Below, in pieces: positions 50,285-62,184 of a DNA stretch of 64,000 bases. How positions within the stretch are numbered: position 1 is the stretch's first letter; the number at the start of each line of letters is the position of its first letter. The notes beneath the pieces were generated by a model, which did not search any database, was not told the origin of the DNA, and saw nothing but the letters and a program-made list of their open reading frames with translations. Source of the stretch: Gekko japonicus (lineage: Eukaryota); contig NW_015162019.1 of the NCBI RefSeq assembly GCF_001447785.1, positions 62,001-126,000 on the forward strand, written 5' to 3'. The position numbers and the translations under genes were made by a program.

Positions 50285-51900
50285 GAAAGACCTTTCTAGA
50301 CCTTCATATATCTGTCAAATCGCCCCCCCAGAGCTAACTACCATAAACGTACTGTGAAGTGGCGAATTCCACAGATTAATGAGGCATTATGGGAAGAAAG
50401 GCTCTCCATAAGAACATGCAAGTATAAAAGCAAGAGCTTGGGCTTGAAATGGGAGTGTGGGGGACAGGGGGCACCACTCTGAACCCATGATGAGGTATGC
50501 ACAGGCCCCACAGTTGAAGGCAACATCAGTTGCACCTGGAACCTTGATCCCTGGAGTTCATTAAGATGCATTTCATAACCTACCGCCGCCCCCCACATCT
50601 CTTGGGGAGGAGAACTATGGCTTACTGTTTCTTAGAAACATTTTCTTACAACTCTCTCCTGTGGGGGTGGGGGAGCAAAAAAAAACATTTGCCCTTAAAA
50701 GATACCTTCAGGGAAACCCCAAGGAACGGGATGTACCGAAATAGCTCAGTGCTGGAAAGAGAAAAGCCAATCTGGGGTGTTTTTTTTTAAAACTTAGTTG
50801 ACCTCAAAACACTGCAAAGGCAAGCAAGGGGAAGAGACCGGGAGCGGTTTGGCTTTGGACAAAGCAAAGTACACGGAAAGGCCGGGTTGAGAGGAGAGGA
50901 GACAAGGGGCTGGGCGAGAACCACCCCAAGGTGCTGCTTCAGGTGCCGGCCAGCCAAAAAGATGCAGTGCTCCCCCCCCCTTGCCCCCAAGTGACCCCCT
51001 GCTGCAAAGCAAGGTGTACCGGTGGCTTCAAACTGGCTGAGAAGCAACATCCTCCGCCGGGAAGGGAACACTCCATGCAGAACTGAAGGAGGACAAGTAC
51101 AAAACAGCTGGACGCAGCCAGCAAAACAAGAAAAATAATATTAAGAAACAAACCAACCACAGACGCTCCCCCTCCCCTTTCCCCACCCGCCCCATTTAAG
51201 GCCTTAAGAGAATGAAATCACAGTTTGCCTAATGAGCAAACTCCCAACACCGCCACAGCTCTGAATCAGATGGTATTTTGGGTTTCCAAGTTAAACCCAC
51301 ACCCAAAACTCTATGGCAACATGCAGACAGTTGGTGCCGGACTCCCTTTTTTTAGAAAGGAGGAATGAGACATACTGGTAAGTGCCAGGGAGGAGGAGGA
51401 GGGAAGAAGAGTTTGAACAGAACGTAACGTAGCAGGTCTGGGGAGTCGAGAAAGGATTTTTGCATACCGTTTCTGGAAGTTCAAAACACACACGGCGGCT
51501 CCAGAAGTACCTGCAAACAAGGTCGCTCTGGCCAGGGACAAGAGAAAGGAAACCCCTGCAGGAGGGGCTGCAGATTAGACAAGGAAAAACATTTTGCAAG
51601 GCAGGGGGAAATCTTCCAGAGGGCCCTCCAACTATCACAGATGCAGCCCGGCAAGGAGACCCAGTGAAACCTCACAGCTTGCTTTCAGCCTGAGGAAGGC
51701 TCCCGTAGACTCTACACGAGGGCGAGGGCTTACACTGGCAAACTCCTGAGGAAGTACCGCATCTGGCGACCTTAAACCCTTACACAAACACCTCTGCTAA
51801 GCAGGAGCCCAGATCGCTCCCCCTCTCCTTGAATTCCATCATGCCTCAGGTTCAAACTCAGACCCGTAGGCCCTCCCATCTTTTCAGAGGAATCACTAAC

Positions 51901-52117
51901 TGGTGATGGTGGAAAGTGCCATCAAGCTGTAGCCAACTTACGGCAACCCCCGTAGGGTTTTCAAGGCAAGAGATGTTCAGAGGCGGTTTGCCATTGCCTG
52001 CTTCTATGTAGCGACCCTGGTATTCCTTGGCCTCCCATCCAAATACTAACCAGGGCCGACCCTGCTTAGCTTCCACGATCTGGTGAGATTCGGCTAGCCT
52101 GAGCTACCCAGGTCAAG
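51901..52117 (-). mobile_element. 5S-Sauria-type SINE
   Basis: Matches 14026-14250. Confidence 0.88.
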
Positions 52118-52271
52118 AACTACACCCCAGTAAAAAGTGCTGAAAGTGAAGAGGATCTAAAGAGCCTTGGGCTAGCCGGAGCTACCCAGGTCAAGAAGTA
52201 CACCCAAGTAAAAAGTGCACAGGAAAGAGCAATGGGGCAGGAGTAGCTAACACTACAGTAGCCACTACACT

Positions 52272-52497
52272 GAGAGTTAGTGTGGTGCAGTGGTTAAAGT
52301 GTCAAACTAGGATCTGGGAGATTCAGGTTTGAATCCCCTGCCTGTCATGGAAGCTTGCTGAGTGACCTTGGACCAGTCACCGTGTCTCAGCCTAACCTAA
52401 ACCTACCTCGTAGGGTCGCTACAAGGATAAAATAGACAGCTATAGAAGCTGCTTTGGTCTCCGCTGGGGAGAAAGGGTAAAAATGAAGTAAATAAAG
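52272..52497 (+). mobile_element. Squam3-type SINE, full length
   Basis: A-box tggtgcagtgg, B-box ggtttgaatcc, CORE-like gtgaccttggaccagtcac. Confidence 0.85.
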
Positions 52498-52687
52498 AAG
52501 CAAGTTGACGCAAACAGAGCAGAGTTGGTGATTTTAAAAACATAAATGCAGAATGAGATTATAGGCATCCTCAGGCCACAAGTTTCCCAGTAACTGTGGA
52601 GAAGTGGCATTTTAAGTTACCTTTTGGGTTAGGTGAGAACAGATCGCCACCAACCCCAGATGGCCTCCTCTGCTTGGGACAAATGGG

Positions 52688-52975
52688 GACCGTTTCCGCA
52701 GTAGTGAAATTCCCTGCATTGACGTTTTTAAAACTACACATTATGTGAAATTTCCCACAGATAAGATTTTTCTCACCAGGCGCAAACCCAAAGTTTTCTC
52801 CTTCTTACCCTGCGTTTTCGGAATCCCCAGTTTTAGTGAGTTCCAAAAACAAGGGGGAAGGAGGAGAAAACTTTGGGTTTGCGTCTGGTGAGGAAAAATC
52901 TACTGCGGAAAATTTCACGTAACAGGCAGTTTTAAAAACGTCAATGCAGGGAATTTCACTACTGCGGAAATGGTC
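52688..52975. mobile_element. Long palindromic MITE (Harbinger-like)
   Basis: About 135-bp inverted arms starting gaccgtttccgcagtagtgaaattccctgcattgacg. Confidence 0.8.
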
Positions 52976-52998
52976 TGGGATTGCACAAGGCACCTGAC

Positions 52999-53204
52999 CA
53001 GTGCTCCCGCTAAGCTGAGTTAGTGTGATCTAGCTCACAGTTCTTTAGCCTCCAGCTCACACATTTTTGTCTCAGCTCAGGAAAGATGGCTGCAAAGCAA
53101 ACTGATTCATGCAGCAGCCAAACTGCTCACTCACAACTTTAATGCCAGGAGCTCACAAAGTAGAATTCTTGCTCACAAGGCTCCACAGCTTAGAGGGAGC
53201 ATTG
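52999..53204. mobile_element. hAT MITE family A copy 5
   Basis: Perfect TSD cacctgac (52991-52998, 53205-53212). Confidence 0.93.
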
Positions 53205-53729
53205 CACCTGACCCCCCTCCCCCGCCCATCCCATAATTAGCACATGGGAGGGGATGACTGTTTCCCTTTCTGGAAGTACACTGAAACATGAGCACACCAA
53301 GAATTGTCTCCAAAGCGTTCTGAGATCTGACCTGCCCAGTTGCGTAACAAGCAGCAGCCAACGGTCAAAGTGCCAGTGCAAACGAAGGTGTTCCCACATC
53401 CACCTCAGTACTGCAGGACAAAGAAGGCTGGTATGGGTATGGCACGCTGCGGCCACTGATCTAGGTTACGGTGTGCCTGTCACACCTCTCCCAACCCTCT
53501 CAAATTCATACAAGTATATGAAGTATTTCCAGGCCCAGGTCCCACTCCCACCCACCTAGCCCAGTTATCTGCTCTGAGAGGCAGCAACTCTCCAAATGTC
53601 TTAGGCAAACCAAGGTCTTTGACAGCATCTGCTAACTGGCTGGAGCTACAGATGGAACTTGGGAGCCTTCTGCTGGGAAAACAGGGCCTCTTACTACTGT
53701 TTCATGGCTCACTGATACGTCTGGCTGAC

Positions 53730-53925
53730 ATGAAAGTATTGCTAACTGCCCTTAAAGGCTTGAGTTCAAACTACTTAAAGGTCCACCTCTGCCCATATGA
53801 ACCTGTTCAGGGTTCTGAGATCATCCAGGGCCCTGGGGTGAATGGGGCTAACAGGGTGGGGGACCCTTACTTTCCAAGCTACAGTTGGTAGGGACCTATG
53901 GGAAGGCCTTCTTTGTTACTGGACC
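53730..53925 (+). mobile_element. Old L2 ORF2 C-terminal fragment
   Basis: KVLLTALKGLSSNYLKVHLCPYEP resembles the L2 C-terminal motif. Confidence 0.55.
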
Positions 53926-55102
53926 CTTTAGGTGCCACTATTGCTAACATCAAACTCATGGTCCCTGCAGACCTAGGATTGCGGAGCCTGGGACTGTAAT
54001 GCTTCTGCACCGGCCTACAAACCTGTTCCTCAAGGGGAAGCTGTCTTCATGGGAAGGCCTTGCTTAGGGCCGATGGCAGATCCTGTGTGGAAATCTGGAA
54101 AGGAACCCTGGTGTTTGTTTTTCTCCCTTTCCTCCCCCAGGCTGGCAAACACAAAACAAAAACAAGCTGCAGAACAACCACTTGCGCTTTTGCAACACAG
54201 ACAAGATCTTGTTGAAAAAGCGAAAAACAGGACCAGAGCAAAAAACAAGGAAGGAACCGAAAAGAGAGAGCTCAGAGCTGAAGCCCGATTGCCAGGAGGC
54301 GACAGCAGAAAGGAGGCTTCAGCTGCTAAAGGTCAGGTCAGCACGAAGGAGGAACATGTTGGAGTGCAGAGGGGGGAGGGCTGACTCAGCCAAGTTCACC
54401 CCCTCGCATTATCTTGAGATCTGGTGGGGATGTTAAAAAGACACTTGCAAATTAGTATGCAGAGCCTGAGGCAGTTTATATAATACCTCTAGAAGGGGAA
54501 GACACGTTCTCTAACTTATGCATGGTTGTCTACAAACTCCAGAGAGTGCATCTTAGGGACACAGCAGGGGTGGGTTGGGGTCTTTCTGTAGTACTTCAAC
54601 CTGCAAGGCTGTCCCTCCCTGCCAACCTCAGGTGCCCAACAAGAGACGTGCTGAAAGGCGTTCCAGCCTGTCACAGGTGCAAGGAGAAAACCAGCAAGCC
54701 CAGAAACTCAGACATCTGGTGCTGAATTGCAAAACCCAACTCAGTCGGCTAAAATTAAGCAACGAAGCCAATTCTCCCATTCTGCCAGCTACATCAGCGA
54801 TCTGTCCGCGACATCTTAATTGGAGTCAGGTTCTGGTTTTCTCCAACCTGTAAACACAAGCAGCTTCTAGTCTCGCTTCTCTTTGGAGGCTTAAAATGTC
54901 TGGATCTTGAATGCTGCAGGGCACATCTCCTGCATTATGCCCACCTCCACCCTGTGATTTAAGATCTGCTAAGGAAGCCTTCCTGAGGGTGCAAATTGTG
55001 CAGAGGCCAGTTTTCCTCCAGAGTCATTCCCGTCCTGATACTCTGGTGCACCTTTCTATTCAGTGCCCATTGAACTCATGTGCATGCACTCACTCCCCTC
55101 TC

Positions 55103-55381
55103 TTGGTGTAGCGGTTAAGTGCGTGGACTCGAATCTGGGAGAACCGGGTTTGATTCCCCACTCCTCCACTTGCACCTGCTGGATGACCTTGGGCAAGCCG
55201 TAGTTCTGGCACAGCTGTTCTTGAAAAATAGCAGTTTCTGCCAGAGCTCTCTCAGCCCCACCTACCTCACAGGGTGTCTGTTGTGGGGAGGGGAAGGGGG
55301 TTTGTAAGCCGCTCTGAGACTCCTTTGGGTAGTGAATGGCGGGGTATAAATCCAATCTCTTCTTCTTCTTCTCTTCTTCTC
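55103..55381 (+). mobile_element. Younger Squam3-type SINE with (TTC)n tail
   Basis: A-box tggtgtagcgg, B-box ggtttgattcc, L2-like tail tgtaagccgc...ggcggggtataaa. Confidence 0.9.
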
Positions 55382-55723
55382 TGCCAGGGATTTCCGTTTC
55401 AAGAACAACCTGGCAGGCATGGAGGCGAAACAGAAGCTGGCTAGAGAGGCCTGAAAGGAACATCTGCATGAACTGCCCTTTGAGATGAGATCCAAGCAAC
55501 CTGATGGCACTGGGGCGCAAATGCAGGCACCCAGAGTTCAACTGCCTGCTTTCAGCCACCGATCACCTGCACAGTGGTCACAGAGAGAACTGGATTCACA
55601 CCCAGAAACCACTGCCCACGAGAAATATTATGTAGAATCAGGGCAGATGGATGCACAAACAGGGAAGGACCACCACCCCCAGTATGGATGCACACACATC
55701 TAAGGTTACACCTCATGTACAAA

Positions 55724-55942
55724 TAGGGTTGCTGGCTCTGGGTTGGGAAACACCTGGAGATTCAGGGGGTGGAACCTGAGGAGGGTGGAGTTTGCTGAGG
55801 GGAGGGATTTCAACAGGGTAGAATGCCACGGAGTCCACCTTCCAAAGCGGCCATTTTCTCCAGGTGAACTGATCTCTGTTGCCTGGAGATCAGTTGTAAT
55901 CGCAGGAGATCCGCAGGCACCGCCTGGAGGTTGGGAACCCTA
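55724..55942. mobile_element. hAT MITE family C
   Basis: TIR tagggttgc / ggaacccta; TSD tgtacaaa / tgtgcaaa. Confidence 0.85.
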
Positions 55943-56499
55943 TGTGCAAAGCAGACATGGAAAGTGAGATGTGGAAAGGGAGAGCAGCCAGCAAAGCCCA
56001 GCAGCCATATGAGCAGCTCAGGCAAACATACCTGGCCAGCTATATGGCCCCGTCAGCCCTTTCCAGCCCTATCAGGGGCCCAGATCTCAACCTGTTGATT
56101 CACCGTTCACATCCTGCGTGGCACCCAGCAGGTTTCCCAGTGCTGAAGAAGCCACATACATGCCTAATAAGGAAAGCAAAAGCCTTGTTTACAGGAAGCT
56201 TCCCAGGTATGAGATGCCAACAGGAACTACAAATTGCTCCTTGCCAAAGAGCAGCCTAAAGCTGGAGGAGGAAGGGGAGTGGACTGAAAGCTCTTCCCTC
56301 GCCTCTACCTCCTACTGGCATGGCAGCAGAGAATACCTGCCACAGCCGAACGGGCATCAGTTTCCCTCCGACATGCACCCAAAAGAAACTCTTCTCCCCA
56401 TAAATCAAGCATGTTAAAGCCATCGCTCTGCCACAAGGCTTGGGAACAAGCTGCCACCGCAGTTTTTGCTTGGCAGGGCAAGAGGCCAATCCATAGGAC

Positions 56500-56660
56500 G
56501 TCTAATAGAAGTTTAGCCCTTCCCTTGCTCCAAGGATATAGGGTTTCCCCCATCTCTGTTTTATACTCCAGCAACAACCCAGTGAGGTAGGTTAGGCCGA
56601 GTGTGTGTGTATAGCTGGCTACCAGCAAGCTAAACGAGGATTAGAACCTGGGTTTCCATG
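56500..56660 (-). mobile_element. Squam3-type SINE fragment
   Basis: caacaacccagtgaggtaggttaggc. Confidence 0.65.
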
Positions 56661-56679
56661 GTCCTAATTTGCTGTCATA

Positions 56680-56915
56680 GTAATGACTGTCGTGAGCTTA
56701 GATGGCTTTAAAATAGGATGAGACTCATTTGTGGAATGTATGCCCATCAATAGCTATTAGCCATGACGGCTAAATGAACCTCCAAGTTGAAAGGCAGCAT
56801 ACCTCTGAATATCAGCTGCCCGGGAAGGGGGAATAGGGCTGCCGAGCCCTGCCTGTGGATCTGCCAAGTGCCTGGCTAGATGGGGCTTGGGCCTGATCTT
56901 GCAGGGTTCTTCCTG
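56680..56915 (+). mobile_element. Degenerate CR1 3' end
   Basis: ttagatggctttaaa...catcaatagctattagccatg...cctctgaatatcag. Confidence 0.7.
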
Positions 56916-58554
56916 TGCTGCTGTGCCGGCACCTACATCACACGGAACGGGGCAGAATCAAGGGCAGGCATAAAGGCTTACGGAGACTGCTCCAATCTTT
57001 CAGCACGCAGCAATTAAAAAAAAAAATACTGCAGGCAGAGCCAATTGGATGCAACAGCGATTTAACAGAAAATTCCTTCATGTGTTTCTAGAGTTGAACA
57101 CAAGCTGCGTCTCCCTTATAGGGACAGAGAAGCCGTGCCCCCAAACCACAATGTTGTTGCTCATGCTTCAGCATCCCAGGAACAAAAAACACACTGAAAT
57201 TTGTTGCACATTCCAGCGGGGCAGCCAGATTCATCTGTTGCTGAGGGAAAACAAGAGGTTTGCAGCCACAAGTCTGTTTTTGTTTTTAGCCATAGTTGGT
57301 GTCGGCTTGTGCCGCTCAGTTCCTGCCGCCTTCGGATGTTTTCGGAGGCGCTTTCGACTCTGAAAGGCACACCACCCGGTGCGATGGCTTGAGCACCTCT
57401 GCACAACGCCAACGCAGAGATGCTTGCAAAATATCTCACTGCACTGAGTGGCAGATCCCTCATCGGGGATGGAGGTAGGATGGAATGGGGAGAGGGAATG
57501 GCATGATAGCCTCCTTTCCTATGGCTGAGACCTGGCTTTGCAGGTGCCGACACCCTGCTTACCTAAGCAGGGAAGAATGAATTCAGCCAGCCAGTCTAGA
57601 CTGTGGTGATCAGGCAGCCATAGGACTGTGGAAATCTGTGGGCCAGAAATAACACAATGGAAACTTCTGTGGGAACACCGCGCCCGCCCCCTAACGGCCA
57701 CATTTTTTAAAAAAGCCCTCAGATATTTTTGTTTTAAAAAATGCAAACAGTTTCCTAGGAATTTCTGAGCACATTCCTCCAACACCCTTAGAGACTGCTT
57801 TGACTAGAAATGTTTCTTGCCTTGCAGGTTTTGCTCATATCTAAAAGGGACTCTGGAAGTGCTTCAGAGACCCAAGACTGAAAAACACTGTTGTGCAATG
57901 CAGTGGTAATTAATCAGAAATTGCATGACCACTGAGAATCTGTTCCCTTCCCCGGCAACCTTGATGGCGAGAGACCCTAGTTCCCTGGAAGATCTCAACA
58001 CCCACTTTTACTTCTCTGGGGCTAACAGCTGTTTGCACCGGCTTCCGCTGGTGAAGGCTGAGAGACGGTTTCAGCACGAGACATTCCTTGCTAAGGACAC
58101 ACTAAAGGAGTAACTCTGCCACCTACTGTTCAGCCAGCCTTCCATGACATGACTGATGTGAGACCTGTTTTTATGAGCTGACAACCAGCCCTTCGAGGAA
58201 GGCATTTGGGGCCACTGCCACTTCAAACCGGGCCCTTTCCAGTAGCTAGCACACAAGTTCCAAGAGCTACGCGCTTCTGTGATTACAGTGCATCCATGTC
58301 AGATTTGTGCTGTTAGTTATTATAGGTAAAGGTAAAGGTTCCCTCGCTGTTATTTATTATACTGTTCTTTTTATTCTGAACCGACACATAAATCTATTCT
58401 GAGTTAATAATCTGTAAGTCTCTGAGCAACAGGCAAACTAAAATTATATTTTTTTCCATGATAAATTTGTGACAGAGAGGAGGTAGCTCTGCAGTGGCTG
58501 CCCAGATGTTGAGGGGATGGTTTGCTGAGGCCAAAATGGTGAACCATCAGACCG

Positions 58555-58767
58555 ATTAGAGTGCCAGACTAGTTTCTGGGAGACCCAGGTTTGAATCCCC
58601 ACTCTGCCATGGAAGTTCACTGGGTGATCTTGGGCTCACCACTCTCAACCTAACATACCTCACAGGGTTGTTGTTGTAAGAATAAAACGGAGGAAGGGAG
58701 AACGATGCTGTAAGCCACTTCAGGTCCCCACTGGGGAGGAAAACCAGAGTACAACTATCTAAATAAA
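58555..58767 (+). mobile_element. Squam3-type SINE
   Basis: ggagacccaggtttgaatccccactctgccatggaag. Confidence 0.85.
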
Positions 58768-59164
58768 TCTCTCCTTATATATAATTGAATAGTGGGTGCC
58801 AAAGTTCTAATTCTAAAATGCACTCCCTTAGTGTATGGCTGATGGCACTGCTCCTCAGCATATATCGCCACCAATCAGAAGGCAAAGCCCGGGTCCCGCC
58901 CACACCACAACTGCTGCGACAACCTGGTCTTTTGCATATGGAAGCTGATTGGACTTCACTCCATTCCACACCTCAAACTCCCCCCCCCCGCAAGGCAGTT
59001 GGAATGTCAGTTGCATATGGAATCTGCTGTATTCTGGTGGTGTGCAGGTCCCAGATTCATGTTTTAAAAGCAGACTGACACTGTTTGCCCAAAGCCAGAG
59101 CACTCTCCCAGAGCCTCTTTCTAGATCCCGTTGTATTTATTTCCACAATGGGCCTTATTTCTAG
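58768..59164 (+). mobile_element. Non-autonomous Helitron
   Basis: A|TC 5' end followed by tatatataa; subterminal hairpin cccgttgt (59127-59134) / acaatggg (59145-59152); CTAG|T 3' end; no TSD. Confidence 0.8.
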
Positions 59165-59544
59165 TTGTACTATAATGTAGCACTTACTTGCACTACCCAA
59201 TCCTCATTAAAAATGTTTGTGGGAAATGTTCTGTTACTAACTTTTGCAAATTACTTTGATGTACAGGATTTTTCCTTTTCTTATTGCGGGTCATTTATTT
59301 GTATCAGTGTCGTGCTCCCGTTGCTGTGATCATAACCCTACAATAAACCCTCCTGGTACACAGTCTTCTATGAACGAAACACAAAACCTGGGGCTAGTGG
59401 CATGCCCTCCGCACATCTGGATTCCCAAGTCAAGACCTAGCTGCTGTCACCTACTTCCAAAGGGAAGCATGACGCAAAAACAAAATGTCCTTTTGTTGTT
59501 TGGGGGTGGGGTGGGGGATGTCATTTGGCCTTTGTCAAACATTC

Positions 59545-60755
59545 ACCAACCAAAAGGGAGACTGCAACCAAGACATCAGGATGAGATTGAGACTGGGAAG
59601 GACAGCCATGAAGGAGATAGAAAAGATTCTTAAGTGTAAAGATCTGCCACTGGCAACCAAGATCAAGATAATGCATACCATAATATTCCCCATTACCATG
59701 CACGGGTGTGAAAGCTGGACAATGAGGAAAGCCGACAGAAAGCAAATTCATTTGAAATGTGGTGTTGGAGGGGAGTTTTACGGGTACCACGGACCGCCAA
59801 AAAGACAAACAAGTGGGTTTATTTATTTTATTTATTTCATTCCATTTCTATACCGCTCCTTCCCGGAGGCTTGGAGCGGTTTACACATATATTTAATCAT
59901 CTAACTAGGGCCACATACATTTCAAGGGACCTTACCGGGCACCTAATCAGTGTAGGTCTTTTTCCTTTCTGTGGCGGGTCTTGCTGGAACCAAGCGGTAG
60001 TGTCTTTCTTTTTCTCCAGCGGGGTCTGTTCTCTTCGGCTTGGCTCCCCTGGAATGGCCCTCCGTGGCGCGCGGCTGAGCGATGAGTCGCACTGGTCTCT
60101 GTCCCGCAGGCTCTGACCACGCTCACATCACCACGCCTTCCACGCTGCCCGGACCATGCCTCCACGAGTTGTCTGCTGTTTTTTCGCCGCTGATCCGTCG
60201 CCATGTTCTTTCTGCCGGCTCGCTCGTTGTTCGCCGCATCGCCCGGCCACCGGTGCTGCCCTCCAGTATTGGAGGTAGGGTGCCCCCCACTCCTAAGGAG
60301 TGGGTACCCATTTGTCTAATTGTCCTTTTAAGGGCTTTCGAGCCACTGGGTGGGCGGGAGCTAGGACAAGGGCCGGGAGCTCACCCCGGCCGCGGTGGGA
60401 CTCGAACATCTGTTACAGCTGTTCGGAGATAGATTACTTGCAGGCATTTACTGCCTGCGCCACCGCTCCCAGCGGTTCTAGATCAAATCAAGCCTGAACT
60501 CTGCCTAGAAGCTAAAATGACTAAACCGAGGCTATTATACTTTGGCCACATTATGAGAAGACAAGAGTCACTGGAAAATGGTAGGAAAAGTTGAAGGCAG
60601 CAGGAAAAGAGGAAGATGGATTGACTCGGTCAAGGAAGCCACAGCCCTCAGTTTGCAAGACCTGAGCAAGGCTATTAACAATAGGATGTTTAGAAGGACA
60701 TTAATCCATAGAGTCTCCATAAGCTGGAAGTGACTTGACAGCACTTTACACACAC
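59545..60755 (+). mobile_element. RTE-clade (BovB-related) LINE 3' part, interrupted at about 59818-60470
   Basis: GDCNQDIRMRLRLGRTAM...FPITMHGCESWT...MWCWR...TNKWV | LDQIKPE...YFGHIMRR; tail agtgacttgacagcac. Confidence 0.9.
59818..60470 (-). mobile_element. Composite SINE-like retroposon: Sauria-like tRNA head + CpG-rich body + L2-type tail
   Basis: Minus strand: A-box tggcgcaggcag, B-box gttcgagtccc, Sauria-like ggggtgagctcccg...ctcgaaagc...aaatgggtacc; tail tgtaaaccgctcc...ggagcggtatagaaat(AAAT)n. Confidence 0.8.
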
Positions 60756-60819
60756 TAATAATAAGTAAGGGACCATGCCAAAGGCCTCTCAGAAAATACG
60801 GGTCTTCATAGGTAAGCAG

Positions 60820-61022
60820 AGAGCCAGTGTGGTGCAGTGGGAGACTCCAGGTTTCAATCTCCATTCTGCCACAAAAAGCTTACTGGGTGATCCCTGGGCC
60901 AGTCACATACTCTCAGCCTATTCCACTTCACAGAGCGGTTATGAGGATAAAACAGAAAACCACGTAAACCGCTTTGGGTCTCTGTGAGGAAGAAAAGTGA
61001 AGCATCAATGAAGTAAATAAAC
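60820..61022 (+). mobile_element. Squam3-type SINE
   Basis: gagagccagtgtggtgcagtgg head; ctgggtgatccctgggccagtcac. Confidence 0.8.
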
Positions 61023-61529
61023 CGAGAGGCTGGCTTCACACTGTTGTTCTGGGAGACAGTTCCAGACATCCAGGGCAACAAGAAAAAAGAGGGCAGAGTT
61101 GTTTAAGGGAGCACGAGATATACGGGGCATTGTGACGGGTCTCCAGGCCTCAGGGGAAGAGAGAGAGAGAAAGAGCAGGCATTTAAGCTAGCGGGAGTCC
61201 TTCAGACAGCTCATGCCTCAAGTGTTCAAGACCAGACTGCTAACTAGGGGACTATCGATTTCCTCGGCCATTCTTTTCGGCAAGCAAAGCGCACAGTAGC
61301 TGCAGCGGCCTTGCTACATAATTGAATTCACATCCATTTCTGCAGTCTAATTCTTGGGCATCAGTTTCCTCCAAAGCTTCAGGAGGATGCTGAGAGGCCT
61401 CAAGGTAGGTAAAAGAAAAGCATTCTACACTGAGATGTCAAGTTGCCTTCGACCATTCCTTTCCTCAGCTTGCAGTCCTCTTGACAGAGTACTCTTCCAT
61501 CTTCTCCATCCCAGAGAAGGTGGATCTCT

Positions 61530-62100
61530 GGCCAGATCAAACACACTTTGGGAACATTCAGGCTGGACTGCTACAACACACTCCCCGTGGGGCTGTCTCT
61601 TAATGACAAGGGTCCTTACAAGGGTACAATTCAAAATGCTGACCATAACCACTGGAGCTTAGGACTTGGGGACCTGAAGGACTGCTTCCACCCATGTGCA
61701 TCTTCTCATGTTCTCAGACCGCCCTTTATGGAGAGGACCCCTGCTCACTCTGCATACCCATGGTGACTGAGGCAAGAAAGGTGGGAGAGTCACGGGACAA
61801 TGCAGTTAGACAGACCAACGCTTAGCCCAGTAGCTGCTCTGCATGCAGGAAACAGCTGCGAGTCAGAGGAGATGATACTGGGTCAGATGGTCCAGCAGGG
61901 CAGAAGGCAGCTTCCATGGATTCCAAATGGAGCAGTGGCCATGCACCTTCACCAGACGGAGTTAGCCATAAGTCAGGCACTCCTCCATTATACCTGTGCA
62001 CTCCTGTGTGTATAATTGTATAATTTTGAGACATTCTCTTTTACTGGAAACCAGCATGAAATGCACTAGTGTAGAAAAGCAGTATAAAAATATCGTAAGC
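61530..62100 (+). mobile_element. Old L2 3' fragments
   Basis: RLDCYNTLPVGLSL and RVQFKMLTIT remnants. Confidence 0.55.
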
Positions 62101-62184
62101 CAAATTATTTACTTCATTTATACCCCACTTTTCTCCCTGAGGGGAGCCCAGAGCAGCGTATATCAGTCTCCTCCCCTCCATTTA

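Noticed and set aside
55103-55180. tRNA gene (also other A/B-box heads)
   Set aside because: No complete cloverleaf; the sequence runs on into SINE bodies.
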